The notes: generated by a model from the letters alone, not told the origin. Positions 40,885 through 52,822 are shown, counted from the first letter of the stretch. The stretch: 57,353 nucleotides of DNA from Deltaproteobacteria bacterium (GCA_023250515.1 JAHFAO010000003.1:1-57353), one strand, 5' to 3'. Translations and numbers: made by a program.

Positions 40885-41640
40885 TCAAACCGAACTTCTC
40901 TGCCTAAGGATCTCGTAGAGGAAGATCCCTCCCGCAACAGCCACATTGAGGGAAGCTATCTTCCCCCGCATAGGTATAGAAACCAGAAAATCGCACTCCT
41001 TCCGGGTCAAAGGTCGGATCCCAGTGCCTTCTGCCCCTAAAACCACAACCAGTTTCTCAGGATAGACTCTCCCATAAACACCTTCGTTTGCCCCCGCATC
41101 CAAGCCAACAACCCAGTATCCTATTTCTTTGAGGGCCAGGATCACACGCCTGAGGTTCGAGACCCGATAAATCTTCAGATAGTGGACCGCCCCTGCAGAG
41201 GTCTTGACCACCGTGGGAGTTACCCCAACCGAGCGATCTTTGGGAATCACCACATGGCGGATTCCCACGCCCTCTGCACTCCGCAAAAGAGCCCCAAAGT
41301 TACGTGGGTCCGTAAGCCCGTCCAAAATCAAGACCGAATCGTGCCCCTGGGAAGAGGAGAGATCCTGGAGCAGATCGGCAAAGAGGCAATAGGAGTACGA
41401 GTCCACTTTAGCGACGACCCCTTGGTGCTTCCGACCATTAGCCAAGCGATCCAATAGCTTGGACTCGAGGTAACGAACGTTGAGACCTCGCCGTTTTGCC
41501 TCTCGGTCAATCAGGTGCAGGGCAGCGCGTTGATGCCCCTCGACAATCATAATCTCGAACACCTCTTGAGGCGAGGACTTTAACTTTTCCAGGACAGGGT
41601 TGATACCAAAAAGGAAAAGGGGATTTTTCTGCCTATCCAT
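40885..41640 (-). CDS. rlmB: 23S rRNA (G2251) 2'-O-methyltransferase
   Basis: HQGVVA; DPRNFGA; GAEGTG; SLNVAVA (SPOUT motifs). Confidence 0.93.
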   Translation of the reverse strand: MDRQKNPLFLFGINPVLEKLKSSPQEVFEIMIVEGHQRAALHLIDREAKRRGLNVRYLESKLLDRLANGRKHQGVVAKVDSYSYCLFADLLQDLSSSQGHDSVLILDGLTDPRNFGALLRSAEGVGIRHVVIPKDRSVGVTPTVVKTSAGAVHYLKIYRVSNLRRVILALKEIGYWVVGLDAGANEGVYGRVYPEKLVVVLGAEGTGIRPLTRKECDFLVSIPMRGKIASLNVAVAGGIFLYEILRQRSSV

Positions 41641-41700
41641 CAAGGAAACTCATATAGAAGCATTTACAAAAAGAGAAGCACCGGATAACATGTCTTTACC

Positions 41701-42894
41701 GTGAAACGGACACTAAGCACTTATATCGTTTATGAGATCCTCTCCCCTTTTCTGCTCGGACTTATGGCCTTCACCTTTATCCTGCTGATCGCTCGCATCC
41801 TAAGGCTTGTTGAGTTGGTGGTGACTCGAGGGGTTCCAATACTCCAGATAGGTAAGCTCTTCGCCTTAATCTTGCCTACCTTCTTAGAGATGACGGTACC
41901 CATGGCTCTCCTGCTTGGGATCTTTCTAGGCCTCGGTAGGCTTTCCAGTGATCAGGAAATTCTCGCTCTAAAAACCTCTGGGATCAGTCCCACCCAGATC
42001 CTTGTACCCATCGGGATAGTTGCCTTGTTTATCTCCTTGATCACACTCCTGATAACCACTTTGGTCCGACCAGCGGCCAATCTAGCACTCAGGAAAGAAC
42101 TCTACAATATAGCCAAAAGCCGCGTTGCAACGGGACTGAAGGAAAAAGTCTTCAATGATGATTTCCCTAAGATCCTCATCTATGTTGAAGAGATGATTCC
42201 GCCAGGCAATACCTCTCAGGGGGTACTCATTGTTGATCGCCGGAATCCGGAAAGGGAAAACATCATTTTTGGCAAGGTAGCCTTTTTCCTTTCCGATGAA
42301 GAGTCAAAAACCTTAAGCTTGAAGCTCTTCGACGGCACCGTCTACGAAAGAAAAAAAAACCGGTTGGCTTTCAGCCAGACCCGTTTCAATGTCTATGACT
42401 TCAAACTGGACCTGGAAGAGGCATTTAGTCCTATACGAGAAAAGGAAAGGGGACCTAAGGAGATGTCGTTCCGGCGATTAGGAAAGGCGATCATGAGCAA
42501 GAAAGAAGAAGGTGTCAAACCGATAGCCGAGCTCATGGAGTTCCATCAGAGATTCGCCTTTCCCTTTGCCAGCCTGGTTTTAAGTCTCCTCGGGGTCTCC
42601 TTGGGCATGGTGCCTACACGGTCGAGCACTGGGCGGTCGAGAGGATTTGCCCTATGCCTTTTCTGGCTCCTCATCTATTACGCATTGCTCTCCATGGGGA
42701 AAGCGCTGGGTCAGAGGGAGGTTATTCCTGCCGCTCTTGCACTCTGGCTCCCCAACATCGTCGTGGGGCTAATCTCAACCCATTTCTTTAGAAAAGCACT
42801 TAAAGAATCCCCGTTCTTGATCCAAACAAAGTTGGAAGCTTTATCCTTGTACTTGAACCAAAGACTCACGCATTACAAACAGCGGAGTTACTGA
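41701..42894 (+). CDS. lptF: LPS export ABC transporter permease LptF
   Basis: GRLSSDQEILALKTSGIS; six TM segments with a periplasmic domain; paired with lptG. Confidence 0.9.
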   Translation: MKRTLSTYIVYEILSPFLLGLMAFTFILLIARILRLVELVVTRGVPILQIGKLFALILPTFLEMTVPMALLLGIFLGLGRLSSDQEILALKTSGISPTQILVPIGIVALFISLITLLITTLVRPAANLALRKELYNIAKSRVATGLKEKVFNDDFPKILIYVEEMIPPGNTSQGVLIVDRRNPERENIIFGKVAFFLSDEESKTLSLKLFDGTVYERKKNRLAFSQTRFNVYDFKLDLEEAFSPIREKERGPKEMSFRRLGKAIMSKKEEGVKPIAELMEFHQRFAFPFASLVLSLLGVSLGMVPTRSSTGRSRGFALCLFWLLIYYALLSMGKALGQREVIPAALALWLPNIVVGLISTHFFRKALKESPFLIQTKLEALSLYLNQRLTHYKQRSY

Positions 42895-42896
42895 AG

Positions 42897-44009
42897 GTGA
42901 TCTTAGAAAAGGCCAATCCCACTGCGTTACCTCGATTAAGAATCCTAGATCGCTATCTAATACGCGGTTTTACGAGGATCTTTGTCATTAGTCTTTTGGT
43001 TATTGCAGTCCTGTACCTGATCGTAGATTTTTTCGACCGCATCGACAACCTCCTGCAGGCAGGCGCGCCCTTATGGATCTCAATGAGATATTTTCTCTAC
43101 AAGATTCCCCTTTTGGTTTCCCGCGTCTTCGGATTTGCTGCCCTCTTCTCTGCCCTATTCTCTCTTGGTATGTTGTCCCGAAATCAAGAGATTACAGCCA
43201 TACGCTCCAGCGGTCTCAGCCTTCGTCGGATCTCTCTACCTTTACTCCTTTTCTCCCTTTTGATCTGCCTTTTTACCTTCTTTTGGAATGAGGCCCTGGT
43301 TCCCATCTTTACCCGTAAGTCTCAATACATCTACCAAGTGGAGGTAAGAAAGAAACAACCACGAAGTTTACTGGGAACTAAGGATATCTGGATAAGCGGG
43401 GAGGGGACTTTTATCAGTGCGGACTATTTTGACGCCAAGAAAAACATCATTCAGGGGCTTGTCATCTACCTCCTGGATCGAGATTTTAGTCTCAAAGGGC
43501 TCGTCGAGGTCCCTCTGGCGCGCTGGGATGGAACGCGTTGGGAAGCAAGGGAGGGCAGACAATGGCACTTTCTTCCGGATGGAAAGATGACCCAGCGCAA
43601 GGTGGATCTCTCCTTGCCTCTTTCGGAGACCCCTGAGGATTTCAAGCTCTTTGCTCGCGAACCCGAGGAGTTTAGCTTCTTGGATCTTAGGAAACAAATT
43701 GCAGATCTCAAAGGAAAAGGAATCGATGCTACAGAATACGAGGTCGATCTCCAGGTCAAAATGGCGATCCCGCTGGTTTCTCCTCTCATGGTTTTCCTCG
43801 CCATTCCTTTCGCGCTCAGACACGGTCCGGGAGGAGGGTTTGCCCTTAGCTTCGGGCTCACCATGCTGATCGGGTTTGGCTATTGGTTTGTCCTAGCCTT
43901 CAGCATCTCCTTGGGGCACAGCGGCGCCTTACCTCCGTGGGTCGCAGCTTGGCTACCTAATCTAACCCTGGCCCTGGTGGGACTCTTCTTTTCTACCTCT
44001 GAGGAGTAA
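42897..44009 (+). CDS. lptG: LPS export ABC transporter permease LptG
   Basis: ILDRYL; NQEITAIRSSGLS; LPPWVAAWLPN. Confidence 0.9.
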   Translation: MILEKANPTALPRLRILDRYLIRGFTRIFVISLLVIAVLYLIVDFFDRIDNLLQAGAPLWISMRYFLYKIPLLVSRVFGFAALFSALFSLGMLSRNQEITAIRSSGLSLRRISLPLLLFSLLICLFTFFWNEALVPIFTRKSQYIYQVEVRKKQPRSLLGTKDIWISGEGTFISADYFDAKKNIIQGLVIYLLDRDFSLKGLVEVPLARWDGTRWEAREGRQWHFLPDGKMTQRKVDLSLPLSETPEDFKLFAREPEEFSFLDLRKQIADLKGKGIDATEYEVDLQVKMAIPLVSPLMVFLAIPFALRHGPGGGFALSFGLTMLIGFGYWFVLAFSISLGHSGALPPWVAAWLPNLTLALVGLFFSTSEE

Positions 44010-44019
44010 GAAGAGCCCC

Positions 44020-45087
44020 TTAGGGGACCAAGGCTGTCCCCTGCAACCCTTCAACTTCGGGGAATCCATACATGAGGTTCATATTTTGCACCGCCTGGCC
44101 GGCTGCTCCCTTGACCAAGTTATCAATGACCGTGATCACTACAAGCCGCCTGACACGAGAATCATATCTGAGACCAATGGCACAGTCATTGGAGCCACGG
44201 ACCTCCTTAGTCTGGGGAAAGCACCCTGAAGGGAGGATTCGGATGAAAGGATCTTGGCGATAAAAATCCTTGTAGACCTTGATGAGTTTTTCCTCTCCCA
44301 AAGATTGTTTAGGCTCAACGTACATCGTAGACAGGATGCCGCGGCTCATAGGGACCAAATGAGGTGCAAATAAAACAGAGATTGACCTTTCGGCAATTTG
44401 GCTCAGCTCCTGCTCGATTTCAGGTGTGTGTCGATGGACGCCAACATTATAGGCCTTAAAGTTTTCATTAACCTCACTGAAGGAAAGCTCAACTGAATTG
44501 CTTCTCCCAGCCCCAGTGACTCCAGACTTTGCGTCGATCAGAACGGTTCCCTGAACCATATTTTCAGCGAACAGTGGGGCTAAACCGAGCACGGCCCCTG
44601 TAGGGTAACAACCCGGGTTAGCAACGAGCCGGGCCTTGGCAATGCCTTTTCGATGCATCTCAGTCAGGCCATAGATGGCCTCACGCAAAAGATGGGGGGC
44701 TTTGTGTGGACGATACCACCGGAGATAGCTCTTAGGATCACGAAGACGAAAATCAGCGCTCAAGTCGATCACCCGTTTGCCCCGTTCCACTAAGTCGGGG
44801 ACGACATCCATAGAGGTCTCATGGGGAAGAGCAGTAAACGCAAGCTCTATTTGAGAGGCTATTTTTTCTACCTGAATTTCTTGCAAGACGAGATCGCACT
44901 TGCCCACAAGCGACGGATAAACCTCGCTTACCTGCTTTCCCACAAACTGCTGCGAGGTTACAACTGCAAGCCGTACCCGGGGATGCTGGACCAAAATGCG
45001 AAGCAACTCCACCCCTGCATAGCCAGTGGCCCCGAGCACGGCCACACGAAGATCTGCCCGTCTCCGGGCGGGTGATTTCTTAGCCAA
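44020..45087 (-). CDS. argC: N-acetyl-gamma-glutamyl-phosphate reductase
   Basis: GATGYAG; DLSADFRL; ANPGCYPT; DNLVKGAAGQA. Confidence 0.97.
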   Translation of the reverse strand: MAKKSPARRRADLRVAVLGATGYAGVELLRILVQHPRVRLAVVTSQQFVGKQVSEVYPSLVGKCDLVLQEIQVEKIASQIELAFTALPHETSMDVVPDLVERGKRVIDLSADFRLRDPKSYLRWYRPHKAPHLLREAIYGLTEMHRKGIAKARLVANPGCYPTGAVLGLAPLFAENMVQGTVLIDAKSGVTGAGRSNSVELSFSEVNENFKAYNVGVHRHTPEIEQELSQIAERSISVLFAPHLVPMSRGILSTMYVEPKQSLGEEKLIKVYKDFYRQDPFIRILPSGCFPQTKEVRGSNDCAIGLRYDSRVRRLVVITVIDNLVKGAAGQAVQNMNLMYGFPEVEGLQGTALVP

Positions 45088-45092
45088 CGACT

Positions 45093-45485
45093 TTAACGTT
45101 TGGAGTATTGCGGTCGCTTGCGTGCCTTATGGCGGCCGTATTTCTTCCGCTCTACTGCTCGCGGATCACGGGTGATGAAACCAGCCTTTTTGAGCGGGGA
45201 ACGAAAATCGGGCCTAACCTGAACGAGGGCACGGGTAATCCCATGACGAATCGCACCTGCCTGCCCAGAGATACCCCCACCCCGAACATTTACTTCAGTA
45301 TCAAAATTCCCTAGCGTTTGGGTAACCTGAAAAGGTTGTAGGACGATCATCCGAGCCGTTTCGCGACCGAAATAGTCTTTTAGACTCTGATCATTGACAC
45401 GAACATCTCCCTTGCCTTCTTTCAAATAGACACGGGCCACAGAGGTCTTTCGTCTCCCGGTCGCATAAAATAGCTTTTCTGCCAT
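45093..45485 (-). CDS. rpsI: 30S ribosomal protein S9
   Basis: [11 protein letters not shown]; QYSKR. Confidence 0.98.
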   Translation of the reverse strand: MAEKLFYATGRRKTSVARVYLKEGKGDVRVNDQSLKDYFGRETARMIVLQPFQVTQTLGNFDTEVNVRGGGISGQAGAIRHGITRALVQVRPDFRSPLKKAGFITRDPRAVERKKYGRHKARKRPQYSKR

Positions 45486-45495
45486 GCCTTCGCTC

Positions 45496-45939
45496 CTAAA
45501 TTTTTATAGCCAACGGTTGGGGTTTTTGCGCCTCATGAGGATGATTGGGTCCGGCGTAGACCTTTAGTTTATTAAAAAGCTTTCTCCCCAAACGGTTTTT
45601 AGGCAACATCCCTTTAACCGCTAACTGGATGAGGGCCTCGGGCTTGTCCTCCAGCATCTTCTCAGCGGTGGTCATCCGAATACCTCCTGGATATTCGGAA
45701 TGCCGGTAATAAGTTTTTTCCTGTCGCTTTTTCCCTGTGAGCGTTACCCCGCGAGCATTGATCACAATGACAAAATCCCCCCCATCCACATGAGGGGCAA
45801 AGCCCGGTTTATGTTTGCCCCTTAAAACCTTCGCGACCTCACTGGCCAGCCGCCCCAACACCTTCCCCTCCGCATCAACCACGTACCACTGGCGCTGGGC
45901 CAGGGCGTCTTTCGTCGTTATCTGATAAGTCCGCATCAT
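45496..45939 (-). CDS. rplM: 50S ribosomal protein L13
   Basis: WYVVDA; LGRLAS; GMLPKN. Confidence 0.98.
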   Translation of the reverse strand: MMRTYQITTKDALAQRQWYVVDAEGKVLGRLASEVAKVLRGKHKPGFAPHVDGGDFVIVINARGVTLTGKKRQEKTYYRHSEYPGGIRMTTAEKMLEDKPEALIQLAVKGMLPKNRLGRKLFNKLKVYAGPNHPHEAQKPQPLAIKI

Positions 45940-45949
45940 ATCCAAACCC

Positions 45950-46000
45950 GCTAGAAGGCCGGAAGCTGGAAAGCCTCTTAGCTTCCCAGCATCCCAGCCT
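45950..46000. repeat. Palindromic 8-mer array, family F
   Basis: gctagaag gccggaa gctggaaa | ctcttag cttcccag catcccag cct, between tRNA-Asp and rplM. Confidence 0.6.
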
Positions 46001-46005
46001 TAATA

Positions 46006-46082
46006 TGGCGGGGCCGACGAGACTCGAACTCGCGACCTCCGGCGTGACAGGCCGGCGTTCTATCCAACTGAACTACGACCCC
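46006..46082 (-). tRNA. tRNA-Asp(GTC)
   Basis: Anticodon arm ccggc-ctgtcac-gccgg; CCA encoded. Confidence 0.95.
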
Positions 46083-46091
46083 GACAGTTTC

Positions 46092-46150
46092 ATTAATCGT
46101 TTATTCGTCAATCGTCTAATCGAATAACGAGTAACCAGTAACGAATTAAT
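46092..46150. repeat. Palindromic array, family A
   Basis: attaatc gtttattc gtcaatc gtctaatc | gaataac gagtaac cagtaac gaattaat, between tRNA-Val and tRNA-Asp. Confidence 0.82.
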
Positions 46151-46156
46151 CTCGAG

Positions 46157-46228
46157 TGGGCGGTACAGGATTTGAACCTGTGACCCCCGGCTTGTAAGGC
46201 CGATGCTCTCCCGCTGAGCTAACCGCCC
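46157..46228 (-). tRNA. tRNA-Val(TAC), CCA not encoded
   Basis: Anticodon arm tcggc-cttacaa-gccgg; acceptor stem GGGCGGT/ACCGCCC. Confidence 0.94.
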
Positions 46229-46318
46229 CCCTCCGCTGAAAACACCAAAACCTGAGACCCTGGACCTATTATTCCTGTCCTTGGTCTTCAGCTTTTCCCG
46301 GTATTCAATAAAAGTGAA

Positions 46319-46591
46319 TTAGCTGAGGGACTCTTTCAAGGTCTTGCCAGCCTTAAACTTGGCGGCTCGAGAGGAGGCAATCTGAATCGTCTCTCCGGTC
46401 TTCGGATTTCTCCCTGTTCTCGCCTTTCGGTTGGAAACCGAGAAGCTTCCGAAACCGGAGATGTTAACCTTATCTCCGTTCTTCAAAGCAGCGATGATAT
46501 CATCAAAGACGCTGTTGACAATCTCTTCTGCCCTCTGCTTAGGAAGTTCCGCCTTGCTCGCAACAGAATCAATCAAGTCCGCCTTTGTCAT
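46319..46591 (-). CDS. hup: Histone-like DNA-binding protein HU
   Basis: MTKADLI; GFGSF; RTGRNPKTGE. Confidence 0.95.
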   Translation of the reverse strand: MTKADLIDSVASKAELPKQRAEEIVNSVFDDIIAALKNGDKVNISGFGSFSVSNRKARTGRNPKTGETIQIASSRAAKFKAGKTLKESLS

Positions 46592-46616
46592 TATCCCCCT
46601 CCCCCTCAATTCTTCT

Positions 46617-46646
46617 CTTATAACAGGAGGGTAGATTCGGTGTCAA
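46617..46646 (-). promoter_or_regulatory. sigma70 promoter for hup and the downstream tRNAs
   Basis: TTGACA-18 nt-TATAAG with an extended -10 TG. Confidence 0.6.
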
Positions 46647-46679
46647 TCCACCTAGAGTTCATCTTTAAGCAAGGCCACT

Positions 46680-49148
46680 CTATTGCGGCAAGATATCTGC
46701 CCTGGGGACTTCTTCATCCTTTTCCTCAAAGGTGGGAGCTTCCTCTTTGGCTTCAGCCGATACTGCTTTGTTTTTGAAAAGGCTCTCCGGGTCCTCTAGG
46801 ATCAGGGCTTTCTTCAATACCTCGTCCATATGGGAGACCAGAACTAACTCCACTGTTTTTAGGATGATCGGCGGGATCTCCTCAATATCCTTTCCGTTTT
46901 CCTGAGGTATGAGCACCGTCTTGATCCCTCCCCGATGAGCGGCCAAGACCTTTTCCTTCAGTCCGCCAATGGGTAGGATCCTTCCTCTAAGGGTGATCTC
47001 CCCAGTCATGGCCAGATCATGGGGCACGGGGATCCGCATAAGAGCAGAAACCAGAGAGGTTGCCATCGTGATCCCGGCCGACGGACCATCCTTAGGAATG
47101 GACCCCTCGGGCACGTGGATGTGAACATCTATCTTCTGGTAGAAATCCTTCTCTAATCCCAGCTCTTCGGCTCGGGAGCGGACATAACTCATCGCTGCCA
47201 GGGCTGACTCCTTCATCACATCCCCCAACTGCCCGGTGACCGTCAGTTGTCCCTTCCCGGGCATAATCGTCACCTCTGTAGACAGCAACTCCCCTCCCAG
47301 CTCGGTCCAGGCCAGGCCCGTTGTGACCCCGATACTCTGCTCAATTTCGGCTTTCCCGTATCGGTATTTTAGCGGACCTAGATACTTGTGCAAACTCTTA
47401 GCACCGACGTGAATCTTGGCATTTTTATCCTTCTTGACCACCTCGACAGCAACCTTGCGACAGATCGAGGCAATCTCACGATCCAGATTTCTTACCCCCG
47501 CCTCCTTGGTGAAGTGGCGGATCAGCCCGAGAATGGCGTTGTCCGTAAATAAAACGTTTTCCAGGCTGAGACCATTGGCCTCTCTTTGCTTGTCCACCAG
47601 ATACTTCTTGGCGATATTCAGTTTCTCCAATTCCGTGTATCCCGCGATCCGGATGATCTCCATCCGGTCCTGAAGCGGACGAGGAATACGATCCAGGGTA
47701 TTCGCCGTGGTAATAAACATGACCTTGGAAAGATCGTAATCCATATCAAGGTAGTGATCGTTAAAGGCGAAATTCTGCTCGGGGTCCAACACCTCGAGAA
47801 GCGCCGAGGATGGATCCCCGCGAAAATCAGTGGACATTTTATCGACCTCATCCATCAGAAAGACTGGATTACTCGATCCAGCCTTCTTCATCGATTGGAT
47901 GATTTTTCCCGGAAGGGCGCCGATATAGGTACGACGATGCCCACGGATCTCTGCTTCATCCCGCACCCCTCCCAAAGAAACCCGAACAAACTTTCTACCT
48001 GTGGCCCGGGCGATGGATCGCCCGAGTGAGGTCTTGCCTACCCCCGGAGGCCCCACCAAACAAAGAATCGGACCCTTCATCTTTCCCACGAGGCTCTGAA
48101 CGGCCAAATACTCCAAAATCCGCTGTTTTACTTTTTCCAGACCATAATGGTCCTCTTCCAACACCTTCTCCGCTTCTTTGATGTCCAGCTTATCATCGGT
48201 GAATTCATTCCATGGTAGGCTGAGGATCGAATCAATATAGTTCCGCACCACGGTTGCCTCAGCCGACATGGGAGACATCATCTTGAGCTTCTTCAGTTCT
48301 TTCTCGACCTTGTCTCTAGCCTCGGCTGAAAGTTTCTTTTGTTTGATCTTCTCTTCAATCTCCTGAATCTCGTTCTTAAACTCGTCTTTCTCGCCCAGTT
48401 CCTTCTGGATGGCTCGCATCTGCTCGTTTAAATAATACTCCTTTTGTGAACGTTCCATTTGTTTCTTGACACGGGAGCGGATACGACGCTCGACCTCGAG
48501 GATCTCGATCTCCGCACGCATGTGACCCAATACCTTCTCAAGTCGCTCCGCCGCGTTGAAGGTCTCTAGAAGATTCTGCCGGTCCTCTAGCTTGATACCG
48601 AGATGGGCAACTATGGTATCCGCAAGCCGCGCCGGCTCCTCGATAGAGGAAACAGACATGACCATCTCCGGCGGGATTTTTTTCTTCAGCTTTACATAGT
48701 TCTCAAAGGTACCGTGGACCTCCCGGACTAGGGCCTCCACCTCTGTGTTTTTCTCCACAACCTCAGCGATCTCCTCCACCTCCACAAGAAAAAAGTCTGG
48801 ATGACTCAGGTAACGAACAACCTTCGCCCGTTTTTTTCCTTCAATGAGGACCTTGACGGTCCCATCGGGGAGCTTCAGCATCTGCACGACATTCCCGAGT
48901 GTTCCTATCCGATAGATGTCGTTTTCAGCCGGATCGTTGGTCTTCGCATCTTTCTGCGAGGAGAGTAGTATCGGGCCCTGCTTTTGGGTTGCCTCCTCCA
49001 GTGCCTTGATCGACCGCTGCCGACCCACAAAGAGGGGCACCACCATATGGGGAAAAACAATGATGTCCCTAAGAGGCAGCAAAGGCACTCTCATAAAATC
49101 GTTGGGCTCTTTTTCTTTGTCGTCCTTCTTGTCGTTCCGAAACAACAT
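46680..49148 (-). CDS. lon: ATP-dependent protease Lon
   Basis: GPPGVGKTS; PKDGPSAG; GGLKEK. Confidence 0.98.
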   Translation of the reverse strand: MLFRNDKKDDKEKEPNDFMRVPLLPLRDIIVFPHMVVPLFVGRQRSIKALEEATQKQGPILLSSQKDAKTNDPAENDIYRIGTLGNVVQMLKLPDGTVKVLIEGKKRAKVVRYLSHPDFFLVEVEEIAEVVEKNTEVEALVREVHGTFENYVKLKKKIPPEMVMSVSSIEEPARLADTIVAHLGIKLEDRQNLLETFNAAERLEKVLGHMRAEIEILEVERRIRSRVKKQMERSQKEYYLNEQMRAIQKELGEKDEFKNEIQEIEEKIKQKKLSAEARDKVEKELKKLKMMSPMSAEATVVRNYIDSILSLPWNEFTDDKLDIKEAEKVLEEDHYGLEKVKQRILEYLAVQSLVGKMKGPILCLVGPPGVGKTSLGRSIARATGRKFVRVSLGGVRDEAEIRGHRRTYIGALPGKIIQSMKKAGSSNPVFLMDEVDKMSTDFRGDPSSALLEVLDPEQNFAFNDHYLDMDYDLSKVMFITTANTLDRIPRPLQDRMEIIRIAGYTELEKLNIAKKYLVDKQREANGLSLENVLFTDNAILGLIRHFTKEAGVRNLDREIASICRKVAVEVVKKDKNAKIHVGAKSLHKYLGPLKYRYGKAEIEQSIGVTTGLAWTELGGELLSTEVTIMPGKGQLTVTGQLGDVMKESALAAMSYVRSRAEELGLEKDFYQKIDVHIHVPEGSIPKDGPSAGITMATSLVSALMRIPVPHDLAMTGEITLRGRILPIGGLKEKVLAAHRGGIKTVLIPQENGKDIEEIPPIILKTVELVLVSHMDEVLKKALILEDPESLFKNKAVSAEAKEEAPTFEEKDEEVPRADILPQ

Positions 49149-49159
49149 AACTTTCCCCC

Positions 49160-50413
49160 TTAGGCACTCTCTGCGGCCTTCGTATAAACAACAATCGGTG
49201 GCTCATTGCGGGTAACCACCTCTTCGGAGATGATGACCTCCTTAATATTGGGCTGGGAAGGCATCTCATACATGACATCGAGCATAATGTTTTCCATGAT
49301 CGCCCTAAGGCCACGGGCACCGGATTTTCTTTTCATCGCCTCTCGGGCAATGCCTCGAAGCGCTTCTTCGGAGAACTTGAGATGAACACTTTCCATATCG
49401 AAGAGTTTGCCATATTGCTTGGTAAGCGCGTTCCTAGGTTCCTTTAATATGCGCACCAACGCATTCTCGTCCAACTCATCCAGGGTTGCAAGAACAGGCA
49501 AACGACCGATGAACTCCGGAATGAGTCCGAATTTCAGCAAGTCCTCCGGCTGGACCTCGTGCAGCAGCTCGCTAGCTCGCCGCCCGTCTCGTTCCTCGAT
49601 CTCTCCCCCAAAACCCATCCTCTTACGTCCGGTCCGTCTACGAATGATATCCTCCAAGCCGACAAAAGCTCCCCCACACAGGAACAGAATGTTCGTAGTG
49701 TCCACCTGAAGAAATTCCTGCTGCGGATGCTTCCTTCCTCCTTTGGGCGGAACGCTCGCCATGGTTCCCTCGATGATTTTCAACAGGGCCTGCTGCACCC
49801 CCTCGCCAGAGACATCCCTAGTGATGGACGGGTTGTCCGACTTGCGCGAGATCTTATCAATCTCGTCAATGTACACGATCCCCCTCTGAGCCTTCTCCAC
49901 ATCATAGTCCGCCGCCTGAAGGAGATTGAGGATAATATTCTCAACATCTTCCCCCACATAACCTGCCTCTGTCAGACTCGTTGCGTCGGCAATGGTAAAA
50001 GGAACTTGAAGAAAGCGGGCCAGGGTCTGGGCCAAAAGGGTCTTGCCCGTACCTGTTGGGCCAAGAAGCAGGATGTTGCTCTTCTGTAACTCCACATCGC
50101 CGGTCACCATCTGGCTATCGATTCGTTTGTAATGATTGTGAACCGCGACAGCTAGGATCTTCTTCGCCCGCTCTTGGCCAATCACATACTGATCTAAGAC
50201 CCGCTTGATCTCAGCCGGCTTTGGAACGCTTGAAGAAGAGGCTAGGGCTTCCTCGTGATCGCACTCCTCCGCTATAATATCGTTACAAAGGTCGATGCAC
50301 TCATCACAGATATACACCGTTGGGCCTGCAATGAGCTTGCGAACCTCATCCTGACTCTTGCCACAAAAAGAGCAAACGAGATTACCTGAACGGTCATCGC
50401 CATGCTTTGGCAT
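49160..50413 (-). CDS. clpX: Clp protease ATP-binding subunit ClpX
   Basis: CSFCGK Zn finger; GPTGTGKT; [10 protein letters not shown]; MGF loop. Confidence 0.98.
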   Translation of the reverse strand: MPKHGDDRSGNLVCSFCGKSQDEVRKLIAGPTVYICDECIDLCNDIIAEECDHEEALASSSSVPKPAEIKRVLDQYVIGQERAKKILAVAVHNHYKRIDSQMVTGDVELQKSNILLLGPTGTGKTLLAQTLARFLQVPFTIADATSLTEAGYVGEDVENIILNLLQAADYDVEKAQRGIVYIDEIDKISRKSDNPSITRDVSGEGVQQALLKIIEGTMASVPPKGGRKHPQQEFLQVDTTNILFLCGGAFVGLEDIIRRRTGRKRMGFGGEIEERDGRRASELLHEVQPEDLLKFGLIPEFIGRLPVLATLDELDENALVRILKEPRNALTKQYGKLFDMESVHLKFSEEALRGIAREAMKRKSGARGLRAIMENIMLDVMYEMPSQPNIKEVIISEEVVTRNEPPIVVYTKAAESA

Positions 50414-50425
50414 AGAATCCTCGTT

Positions 50426-51028
50426 TCACCTCTTAAGATTACTGTCCGGCCGATTCACGATGACCTCATCGACCAAACCATACTCCAAAGCTTGCTTCCC
50501 AGTCATGAAAAGGTCCCGGTCCGTGTCCTTCTCAATCTTCTTCAGGCTCTGTCCCGTATGCTTCATGAGAATGTTGTTAAGCTCCTCCCTCATGCGGAGG
50601 ATCTCCCGGGCCTGAATATCCACATCTGTCGCTGTCCCCTGGAACCCTCCCAAAGGCTGATGGATCATAATCCGGGCATGGGGCAGGGCATACCGTTTCC
50701 CCTTTGCCCCGGCAGCTAAAAGGATCGCCCCCATGCTGGCAGCCTGCCCCAAGCATACAGTCGAGATCTGGGGCCTAACATACTGCATCGTATCGTAAAT
50801 GGCGAGACCTGCGGTCACGGATCCCCCAGGCGTATTGATGTAAAAATAAACATCTCGTTCTGGATCCTCGGACTCTAAGAAAAGAAGTTGCGCGGTGACC
50901 AAGTTCGCCACATCGTCTGTAACGACAGTCCCCAGGAAAACAATCCGGTCCTTGAGCAAGCGAGAATAGATATCGTAGGCTCGTTCTCCCCGTCCCGTTT
51001 GCTCAACGACGATTGGGATGAAGTTCAT
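50426..51028 (-). CDS. clpP: ClpP protease proteolytic subunit
   Basis: [10 protein letters not shown]; AASMG; MIHQP. Confidence 0.98.
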   Translation of the reverse strand: MNFIPIVVEQTGRGERAYDIYSRLLKDRIVFLGTVVTDDVANLVTAQLLFLESEDPERDVYFYINTPGGSVTAGLAIYDTMQYVRPQISTVCLGQAASMGAILLAAGAKGKRYALPHARIMIHQPLGGFQGTATDVDIQAREILRMREELNNILMKHTGQSLKKIEKDTDRDLFMTGKQALEYGLVDEVIVNRPDSNLKR

Positions 51029-51061
51029 ATCCCCCAACACTCCTTACCCTCTAAAGGCATT

Positions 51062-52378
51062 CTAGCTTTTTTCCTCTTGTGCATCAACGGGTGGCTCCAC
51101 TTCTTTCACCTTAGACCGCTGGAACAAGAAGTCCATTGTCCGGTCAAAGACCACCTGGGAACGGAGATCCTCTCGGGCGTCTTCGCGACGATAAAGCTCG
51201 CGCAAGGCTAACCCCTTTTCCTTCACAGAGCGTGCCATCTCTTCGATCTTCTGCTGAACCTCCTCATCTGAGACCTCGATCTTCTCTAGCGCCGCAATCT
51301 TCTCGACCAGAAGCATCGCCTTGACCTGTCGCAACGCTCGGGGTTCTAACTCTTTTCGCATTTGTTCCATCGACGGCTGAGGTCCAGAAGCGCTTGAGCC
51401 TCGCGCCGCGGGGCGACTCTGATGCCGCTCTATGAGATAACGGACGTGGTGATCCACCATGGTTGGCGGAACTTCGAATGGATACGCTTCAATCAACCGC
51501 GTCAAAAGTTGTTCTTTTAGGTCTCTTGTCTGAATTTCTCTGAGCTCGCTCTCAAAGCGGGTTCGTATTTTCTTCCTCAGCTCATCGAGAGAGCCACACT
51601 CCCCATGGTCCTTTGCAAAATCATCGTCTAGAGAGGGTAAGATCTTTTTCTTGATTTCCCTAACGGTCACGGAAAACACGACAACTTTTCCAGCCAGCTC
51701 CTGGTTAAAATGATCCTCAGGATACGCGACACTAATAGTATGTTCTCCATTCCTTTTCAACCCAATGATGGCCTCTTCAAACTGCGGCAATGCATTTCCC
51801 CTACCCACATCCAGAGGATAGTTTTCAGCTTTCCCTCCAGGGAACGGTTTTCCATCAACCGAACCAACAAAATCGAGAACCACATAATCCCCCTGCTCCA
51901 CCACGTCACGGTTTTCCACGGGTTCCAAATGCGCATGGGCCTCTCGGAGGTGGCGCAATGCAACATCTACTTGCGCCTCATTCACCGGGAGCCGTACCTT
52001 CTCCACCTCCAGCCCCAAATAGTTCTTAACCTCGATCTCCGGTTTAACCTCAACAACTGCCGAGAATGTAAATGTCTTTCCCTCCTCCAAATCGTTGGCC
52101 TCTATCTCAGGACGAGAGACCGCTTGAAGCTCTTTTTCCCTGAAAACCTGGCTGAGAGAATGCTCCACCAGTCGCGAGAGTACCTGCCCTCTGACTTCGT
52201 CTCCATAGATTCCCTGAAGAACAGAGCGGGGTGCCTTGCCGGGGCGGAACCCCTTAATTTTCGCGCGCTGACTTAGGTTTTCGTAAACATGGAAAAACTC
52301 TTTGTCGACTTCCTCTGCAGGAAGCTCCACATGGATCCTCCGCCGGATCGGACTAAGGATGTCAACCCCGATCTTCAC
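51062..52378 (-). CDS. tig: Trigger factor
   Basis: GFRPGKAP ribosome-binding motif; FKBP domain; GTG start is approximate. Confidence 0.95.
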   Translation of the reverse strand: MKIGVDILSPIRRRIHVELPAEEVDKEFFHVYENLSQRAKIKGFRPGKAPRSVLQGIYGDEVRGQVLSRLVEHSLSQVFREKELQAVSRPEIEANDLEEGKTFTFSAVVEVKPEIEVKNYLGLEVEKVRLPVNEAQVDVALRHLREAHAHLEPVENRDVVEQGDYVVLDFVGSVDGKPFPGGKAENYPLDVGRGNALPQFEEAIIGLKRNGEHTISVAYPEDHFNQELAGKVVVFSVTVREIKKKILPSLDDDFAKDHGECGSLDELRKKIRTRFESELREIQTRDLKEQLLTRLIEAYPFEVPPTMVDHHVRYLIERHQSRPAARGSSASGPQPSMEQMRKELEPRALRQVKAMLLVEKIAALEKIEVSDEEVQQKIEEMARSVKEKGLALRELYRREDAREDLRSQVVFDRTMDFLFQRSKVKEVEPPVDAQEEKS

Positions 52379-52500
52379 CTTTTCAGTCCGCCACAAAAGA
52401 CTCTTCTGTAACGCTCTTGCCGTAGTCTTGCAGTCATCACAGTCGCACCCAATCCGAGAGACGTGGAACCGTTTTGATGGAGCGCCAGGACCATGATCTC

Positions 52501-52584
52501 TGGTGCGAGAGGGGGGACTCGAACCCCCACGGGTTGCCCGCTAGATCCTAAGTCTAGTGCGTCTGCCAATTCCGCCACTCTCGC
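52501..52584 (-). tRNA. tRNA-Leu(TAG)
   Basis: Anticodon arm ctaga-cttagga-tctag; long variable arm; CCA encoded. Confidence 0.95.
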
Positions 52585-52822
52585 ATCCGTAAAGCTCGGT
52601 GGGCCGACCGGAGGCCTGGCGTGCCCTAAACGATACCAAAATGCCCAGCCATTTCAACAATGGACCAGAAAAACCCTGTTTCCTAGGCGATCAGGTACCT
52701 TAATTAAGGCAAGATTTTCTCCAATGGGTGATATTGGCCGAAGACCGTAAACCTCACGGCTTATCACTAGCCGATAGATCTTAATGCACGAAGAAAAGAA
52801 GGAGATCAATTCACCAGATAAG

